From Macrostomum lignano (taxonomy: Eukaryota), in NCBI GenBank assembly GCA_002269645.1, contig NIVC01000639.1:1-64000 (forward strand): a DNA stretch of 64,000 nucleotides, given 5' to 3'. The position numbers and the translations under genes are program-made. Below are positions 56,679 to 64,000 of this stretch, piece after piece (position 1 is the first letter of the stretch; the number at the start of each line of letters is the position of its first letter). Under the pieces are notes generated by a model. It made no database searches and had not been told where the DNA came from. It saw only the letters and a program-made list of their open reading frames with translations.

Positions 56679-57309
56679 CAGAAGAGCCGCATGCACTGCA
56701 GTCGCACCAGATGCCCCCTCAAGAAAGATGTGGTAACTTTTATTTTGACCTCGAATTCGTCAGCTTTCTCCGGCCGGAGGGGGTCCCCAGTGGCTGAGGG
56801 TGGAGTCTAGCGGAATGGGCGACGCTCGCCTCCCCGCTGCGTCTTCGGACCGCCCTGCAGCTAAGAGGGGCGGAGTCAAAAGTTTCCTGAAAGATCAGCG
56901 GAGTTACATGGAAGGTCGCAGCTCGAGACCCCGGAGCCACAGCAACATGCAGCGGATGTTTAGAAATGCTGGATCAAATTTGATGAGGCAGTCTATTTGC
57001 ATAATTGTCTTCTGCAAGGCACTGCATCACCGTATGAATTTGCAGAAGGCTCGACACATGCGTTCAGTGAAATGCAGTTACAGCCAGCCGATCAAAATGG
57101 CGTCAACAAGTGGAATGAACTGCGGTATTCACGAGTCTTATGCATTGTTATGCATTTGAGCATGCATATGTTCGGTAGATACTACTGATGCTGAGATAAA
57201 GGTGTGACGTTTTGGGGATTATTTTTGGTATGATAAAATTGGAATTCGTCGAACTTTTATTCGACTATAAATTGGAAGAGTAGACGGTGAGAATTCGCCA
57301 TGAAGTGTG

Positions 57310-57640
57310 AGATTTGACTATTACACCGTGAGATTTGACTTTGTGACAGTGACAGTTGACTGTGACAGTGAGATTTGACAATTAAACTGTGAGATTTGAC
57401 TCTGTCACCATGAGATCTGACTATTACACCGTGAGATTTGACTTTGTGACAGTGACAGTTGACTGTGACAGTGAGATTTGACAATTAAAACTGCGTAATT
57501 TGACTATTAGACTGTGAGATTCAAATATTAGACTGTGAGATTCAAATATTAGACTGTGAGATTCGAATATTAGACTGTGAGATTTGACTATTAGACTGTG
57601 AGATTCGAATGCTAGACTGTAAGATTTGACAGTAATGCTG
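57310..57640. repeat. Degenerate GTGAGATTTGACT repeat
   Basis: Seen directly. Confidence 0.75.
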
Positions 57641-58049
57641 AGATTTTACAATGAGACTTTTAGATTAGTGCATACGCGCTTGTAGTAGACCGAACAGTGG
57701 GAATGGAGCAGTGTACTTTAAGCTCGCACCGTGGGACAGTGAGGCTGCTCTATGAACCTATCCGAACCGAAGTGTGCAGTGACCCGGGCCAAAGCAAACA
57801 CGAAGTCCAGCAGACACTGAAAGCTTGACTTGAAAGAAGAACCGATGCAGTGTCGCCGAACCCCAGAAATGCAAACAGAGAAGACGCTAGATAAGGTGGG
57901 CCGGTGGCAGCGGTGCCTCCAGGCTCTGGCACTCACTACTTGTGAGTCACGTGACAGACTGAAGCAGGTTGGGGTGGAGAGCGCATCGGAATTCTGCGCA
58001 CAACGGCGGAGTCCCGTGCAGACCCTGGCCCAGGCGGCAAACAGGCCAG

Positions 58050-58290
58050 GGCGCTTCCAGACACACAGACAGTCAGAGGAAGAGTTGGCAAACAGCTTCC
58101 CTGTTTTTCCAGGGCGCTTCCAGGCACACAGAGAGTCAGAGGAAGAGTTTTCAAACAGCTTCCCGGTTTTGCCAGGGCGCTTCCAGGCACAGAGAGAGTC
58201 AGAGGAAGAGTTGGCAAGCAGCTTCCCGGTTTTGCCAGGGCGCTTCCAGGCACAGAGAAAGTCAGAGGAAGAGTTGGCAAGCAGCTTCCC
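58050..58290. repeat. 63-bp tandem repeat, about 4 copies
   Basis: CCAGGGCGCTTCCAGGCACAGAGAGAGTCAGAGGAAGAG... Confidence 0.88.
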
Positions 58291-58794
58291 GGTTGCTTGG
58301 CTTTTCAATATTCTCTGGCATTCGAATCAGAGAATGCCCTCCAGCTGCGTGCCACTGGACGAGCGAGCTGCCAATAATCCCAGCGGGTTGGGTTTCCGCA
58401 CGCGGCTCCTGACCAAAATCTATTTTTAATATCGATTTTTTCGTAGCCCCTCCTCCGTCGAGGTTCTTCTCAGAACTGGCAACGGCTGCGCAACTCCTGC
58501 AGAGGCGCTGCCGCATTCTGTTGGCTGCCCCGACCAGCTGTCCCCGCGCCCCTGCCTGGAAACTGTCTCCACGTATTTTCACCCGCTCTCTCCCCTGTGG
58601 AAGCCCAGAAAAGGCAGATCAACTTCACGGGAAGGAGAGGATTCGAGTGCTGTTGCTATCCGCGCGGACACGCCCTGGATCTGAGATCGTGAGTTGCTTC
58701 TTCAACTGTTTTCTGCCTTTCCTGCCGTTTATGCTGCACAGGGAGCTTGATCACAGTGAGCACAGTGAGAATTGACTCTGAGAATTGTCTATAC

Positions 58795-59505
58795 GACAAT
58801 GAGAATTGGCTATAGGACTATGAGAATTGGCTATAGGACTATGAGAATTGGCTATAGGACTATGCGAATTGGCTATAGGACTATGCGAATTGGCTATAGG
58901 ACCATGAGAATTGGCTATAGGACTATGCGAATTGGCTATAGGACTATGCGAATTGGCTATAGGACTATGCGAATTGGCTATAGGACTATGCGAATTGGCT
59001 ATAGGACCATGAGAATTGGCTATAGGACTATGCGAATTGGCTATAGGACTATGAGAATTGGCTATAGGACTATGCGAATTGGCTATAGGACTATGCGAAT
59101 TGGCTATAGGACTATGCGAATTGGCTATAGGACCATGAGAATTGGCTATAGGACTATGCGAATTGGCTATAGGACTATGCGAATTGGCTATAGGACTATG
59201 CGAATTGGCTATAGGACTATGCGAATTGGCTATAGGACCGTGAGAATTGGCTGTAGGACTATGAGAATTGGCTATAGGACTATGCGAATTGGCTATAGGA
59301 CTATGCGAATTGGCTATAGGACTATGAGAATTGGCTATAGGACTATGCGAATTGGCTATAGGACTATGCGAATTGGCTATAGGACCGTGAGAATTGGCTG
59401 TAGGACTATGAGAATTGGCTATAGGACTATGCGAATTGGCTATAGGACTATGCGAATTGGCTATAGGACCATGAGAATTGGCTATAGGACTATGAGAATT
59501 GGCCA
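58795..59505. repeat. 21-bp repeat GAATTGGCTATAGGACTATG(A/C)
   Basis: Seen directly. Confidence 0.96.
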
Positions 59506-60119
59506 TTTCAAGCCAGTAGAAAAGCACTGGCGGAAAGAATCGCAACTGCCAAACTGCACATTTTAACAATCATTTCCAAATTGCAGCTAGTAACTCAGCA
59601 GTTTCAAAGCGGGTCTCTCCTCTGCTCAACAGTTTTAAAGCAGACGTGAGAAATTGCAGAAAATTTGACCGAAAGAAACAAAAGAATCGGAAAAGTCAAG
59701 CTTTGAAAGAGTAACCGCTGGAGGGCAGGAAATGCTGCAGTTGTTAACTTTGACTGGCTTGACTTTCATGAAAGCAGAGTCTCTCGAGTGGGCGGAGATG
59801 CTGCGGTCTCCCCCTCTCTCTCGCCGCCCCTCTACCCTTCATTTCTCTCGGCATTTCCAACCGCAGCGCACACTGGCAGCCCCCCCCCCAATTTCGAACT
59901 TGAAGCAGAGAGCGGCGGGGACTTCTCTTATCGCTCGCTGCACAGCCACCTGCGGCAAAATTTCCATAGCGGGCAAGCGAGGCGGCAGGGGGGGGCCGTG
60001 GGAGGCGGGCACAGGAAGTCAAGCGGCCCGAACAGATGTGTATTTATGAAGGAGTCGCTGGCAGCTGCAACTGCTTTCGCTATTCTCTGCAAACGAAATT
60101 TCCAGGTGGTGAAAAAACT

Positions 60120-62479
60120 ATGGCCGAAGCCGAAAACGCCAAGGAGATCGAACCCGCGACCGCCGCCGATGGGCAGCAGCAGCAGCAGGCGGGAGGCATC
60201 AGGCAGCGAATCCGCGGCCTGCTGAAGAGGAAGGACCGGCAGAAGCAGCAGAAGGAGCGGCCGGATGACGCGGTGAAGCTGGGCTGCGGCGGCCTGTTCC
60301 GCCGGAAGAAGCGGGCGGAGGCGGGCGATCAGGAGTCGCAGAAGCCGGCGGAGAAGCCGAAGAAAAGCGGCAAAGGCGGCGAAGTAAAGGTAGGCGAACT
60401 GGTTGCAGTTTACTTGAGCTCATTTCCTGCTGCATGAAGTTTTACTTTTTATGATCATATCGGAGCTTTGGCCAGCATGCATTTGCTCTGCTTGCTGATT
60501 GTACGAAGGGGCATTAGGGACATCAGAGACATCAGGGACATCAGGGACATCAGAAACATCAGGGACATCAGGGACATCAGAAACATCAGGGACATCAGGG
60601 ACATCAGAAACATCAGGGACATCAGGGACATCAGGGATATCAGAGACATTAGGGACATCAGGGACATCAGAGACAGTAGGGACATCAGAAACATCAGGGA
60701 CATCAGAGACATCAGAGACATTAGGGACATCAGAGACATCAGAGACATTAGGGACATCAGAGACATCAGAGACATTAGGGACATCAGGGACAGAAACATT
60801 AGGGACATCAGGGACATCAGAAACATTAGGGACATCAGGGACATCAGAAACATTAGGGACGTCAGGGACATCAGGGACATCAGGGACATCAGGGACATCA
60901 GAGACATCAGGGACATCAGGGACATCAGGGACATCAGGGACATCAGGGACATCAGGGACATCAGGGACATCAGGGTCAGCAATGGCCGTAGAACTCAAAT
61001 TTGCTTCTAGGAAGAGAAGCAGGAGGTGGAGCTGCAGCCGCAGCCGCAGCAGCCAGATGCGGCCTCAGCGTCAGCGGCAGAGCCGGAGACGTCAGCGCTG
61101 GAGCAGCCGGCATCGAAAGCGCCGGCGAGACCCGAGAATCCGCCAAGGCCGCTGGTTGAACTGGCGGCGAAGTCTGCGCCACAGCCGGACGAGGATGTCA
61201 GTGAGAAGACGGAAGAGAACGCAGCGGAAGAGAACGCAGCGGAGGAAGACAAGACGACAGTTCAGAACGGCCACGCTTTGGAGAGCGAGCCAGAGTCAGA
61301 AAATCAGCGACACGAAGAGGCGGAGCGGCAGTTCCAGCAGGCCTCGGTGGACATGGCGGACGTGACGCCGAAGCCGGGAGTGACAGTAAGGCCTTGAGGC
61401 AAAAGTGGCGATTGCTGCCGCAACGGGTATTAGCTGATCAATAGTTTGCTGACCGCAGTATTTCATAGCTACGAGTGTTTAATGCTTGCTTTTTTACTCG
61501 CCTCGGCTGCTGCTGTTTACTCAACTGGTGAAGGCCGCTTTTGTCGATAAGACCAATTATTGTTGACGGTTTATAGATATCAGCTGCGGGGTCAGGTTGG
61601 GGTCAAGCTGGGGACAGGCTGGGGTCAGGCTATGGTCAAGCTGGGGTCAGGCTGGGGTCAGGCTGGGGTCAGGCTAGGGTCAGGCTAGGGTCAGGCTGGG
61701 GTCAGGCTGGGGGCAGGCTGGGGACAGGCTGGGGACAGGCTGGGGACAGGCTGGGGACAGGCTGGGGACAGGCTGGGGGCAGGCTGGGGTCAGGCTAGGG
61801 TCAGGCTAGGGTCAGGCTGGGGTCAGGCTGGGGGCAGGCTGGGGGCAGGCTGAAGTCAGGCTGAGCGAATGCTTGATACATGTATGAAACGCCAAGCAGT
61901 TCTACTCATAGTAGTGAAAGGAAGATATGTAGATAAATCTTGTAAAAGCGCTGCCGTATATACAGGGGGATAAAAAGACTGCTGCTTACATTATTTCTGA
62001 GAGCGCAAACATTTGGCCATTTCTGCTTTCAGATTGAGCAGGGCCCGCACACGGAGATATGGTCCAGCATCATTAACAAGAGCTTCATCGGTACCGGAGC
62101 CTTCAAGCGAGCCGCGGTCTGCAGCCTGGAGTCTGGCGCCGTGCTGGCCTGCAACCCCGCTGACTTCACGCCCACCGTGCAGCAGGTGGCCGCCCTGCGC
62201 GAGAACTTCGACTGCCGCTCCGGCCTGTCCGCGGCCGGCTTCGGAGTGGCCGACACGGTGTACAGCCTGCTGGACGAGGCCGGCACCAAGGACATTCTGT
62301 GCGGCAGCGACGAATCGCGCGGCCAGACGCTGCTGGTCTGCAAAACGAAGACGGCGCTGCTGGCGGCCGCGTGCCAGGGCGCCCCGGACCGCGCCGCCGA
62401 CATGCTGGGCGACATGCGGCAGCACTTCATCTCGCAGGGATGTGAGGGCTGCCCGACTGCAAGCGCCGAGTCTCAGTAA
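60120..62479 (+). CDS. Profilin-domain protein with long charged N-terminal extension (about 363 aa, 3 exons)
   Basis: Exons 60120-60389, 61011-61385 (GTAAGG donor) and 62033-62479, all phase 0. Last exon WSSIINKSFIGTGAFKRAAVCSLESGAVLA...VCKTKTALL...DMRQHFISQG follows the profilin pattern. The exon 2-3 join is inferred. Confidence 0.72.
60512..60975. repeat. (CATCAGGGA)n
   Basis: Intron 1 of the profilin-domain gene. Confidence 0.95.
61585..61865. repeat. 11-bp repeat CAGGCTGGGG(T/A)
   Basis: Intron 2 of the profilin-domain gene. Confidence 0.92.
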
Positions 62480-63364
62480 GACGCAGCAGCACTTCAAATC
62501 TATGGAAATATTTTTAGGCATTGGTGAGGAGGATTTCCAAGTTATTTTAGCACTAGAACTCACTTCCTGAGCATTCGAAAGTGAATTTTAAAAGTACAAA
62601 TTTCAGTTTATACTTAATCAAAAGTTTTCAAACGGTTAAAACTTAAACTGCAACTAATGCAGTTCCGGAAATCTTCCAATCCGATTGTAACATTAAAACA
62701 AATGTAGTTCTGCTGATTTGAAGTGTTCATCTGTCTCTGGACCCCGACTGGTTGACAGACAACATTGTGGCTTCCCATTGACGTGTCGAATGCATGATTA
62801 TTAAATTTTCATCTGCATCATTAGCCTAGCAATGAAGCCGCGCTCTGCTGCGAATGCCAGTGGCGGATTTGGTTTTTACTGTTATCGTTTTATTTACGTA
62901 ATAAATTTTTAACATTTTGTGTTTCTTTTGGCTCCAATTCAAACTGTCAGCAGATTTTTATGATTAGAGCAATCAGCTGATGATTTTGCTTTCCTAAAAA
63001 AACTAGGAATATTCGACTCTAGGATCCTACTTTTTGATTATAATATATCTGTACTCGATGGCTTATCAAATAAAAATTTACTTTTCCTGTCTCAAGCTTC
63101 CGATATTTTATTATCATTAAAGCGGCCCAGCTCTTCAGTCAGCTCTGGTGACTGACTCGTCAGATATTGACTTTTCTGCTGTAAATGCGCGCCCAATGAC
63201 TGATTGGCAGTTACCCATATCATTAACATAATGAGTTGCACCTGCGATTTTCAGCCAGATGCTATAAATAAAATTGATATTTCAGCTGAAAAATGTCAAT
63301 TTTTCAAAATGCAATTTCAGCTGAAAAATACTCAACCCTTTGTTGTAATTTTCGTGAAATTCTC

Positions 63365-63930
63365 ACTATGAGCAGGCCAGCTATTCTCACTATGAGCAGA
63401 CCAGCTATTCTCACTATGAGCAGACCAGCTATTCTCACTATGAGCAGACCAGCTATTCTCACTATGAGCAGATCAGCTATTCTCACTATGAGCAGACCAG
63501 CTATTCTCACTATGAGCAGACCAGCTATTCTCACTATGAGCAGACCAGCTATTCTCACTATGAGCAGATCAGCTATTCTCACTATGAGCAGATCAGCTAT
63601 TCTCACTATGAGCAGACCAGCTATTCTCACTATGAGCAGACCAGCTATTCTCACTATGAGCAGACCAGCTATTCTTTACTATGAGCAGACCAGCTATTCT
63701 CACTATGAGCAGATCAGCTATTCTCACTATGAGCAGACCAGCTATTCTCACTATGAGCAGACCAGCTATTCTCACTATGAGCAGATCAGCTATTCTCACT
63801 ATGAGCAGACCAGCTATTCTCACTATGAGCAGACCAGCTATTCTCACTATGAGCAGACCAGCTATTCTCACTATGAGCAGGCCAGCTATTCTCACTATGA
63901 GCAGGCCAGCTATTCTCACTATGAGCAGGC
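63365..63930. repeat. 24-bp repeat GAGCAGACCAGCTATTCTCACTAT
   Basis: Seen directly. Confidence 0.96.
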
Positions 63931-64000
63931 TATAACTAATTAATCATTTAAGACGCAAATTATGTCATGCCATACCACATGCCCCTACGGGCCCATTGAC

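Overview
Eukaryotic (metazoan, intron-containing) genomic DNA, roughly half of it micro- and minisatellites. Repeat load, GC-rich codons and gene set resemble a free-living flatworm such as Macrostomum, but that is inference only. Reconstructed genes: histone H4 with its 3' stem-loop, a 4-exon GPI transamidase PIG-K/GPI8, an intronless class A GPCR, a short ankyrin-repeat ORF, a 6-exon atypical class A GPCR (minus strand, 34901-49122), and a 3-exon gene joining a long disordered N-terminus to a profilin-like domain. Mobile elements found by reading the sequence: a complete 1,559-bp non-coding LTR element (451-bp LTRs identical by eye, tRNA-Glu PBS, PPT) at the ankyrin ORF 3' end, an hAT-like element (8-bp TSD), a Harbinger-like MITE (3-bp TSD) and a CORE-type tRNA SINE. 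Three extra histone-type stem-loops have no histone gene upstream. H4, PIG-K and the first GPCR carry 1-bp deletions, mostly in G/C runs, most likely long-read assembly errors. Most long ORFs in the supplied track are repeat translations. Repeat boundaries and copy numbers are approximate.
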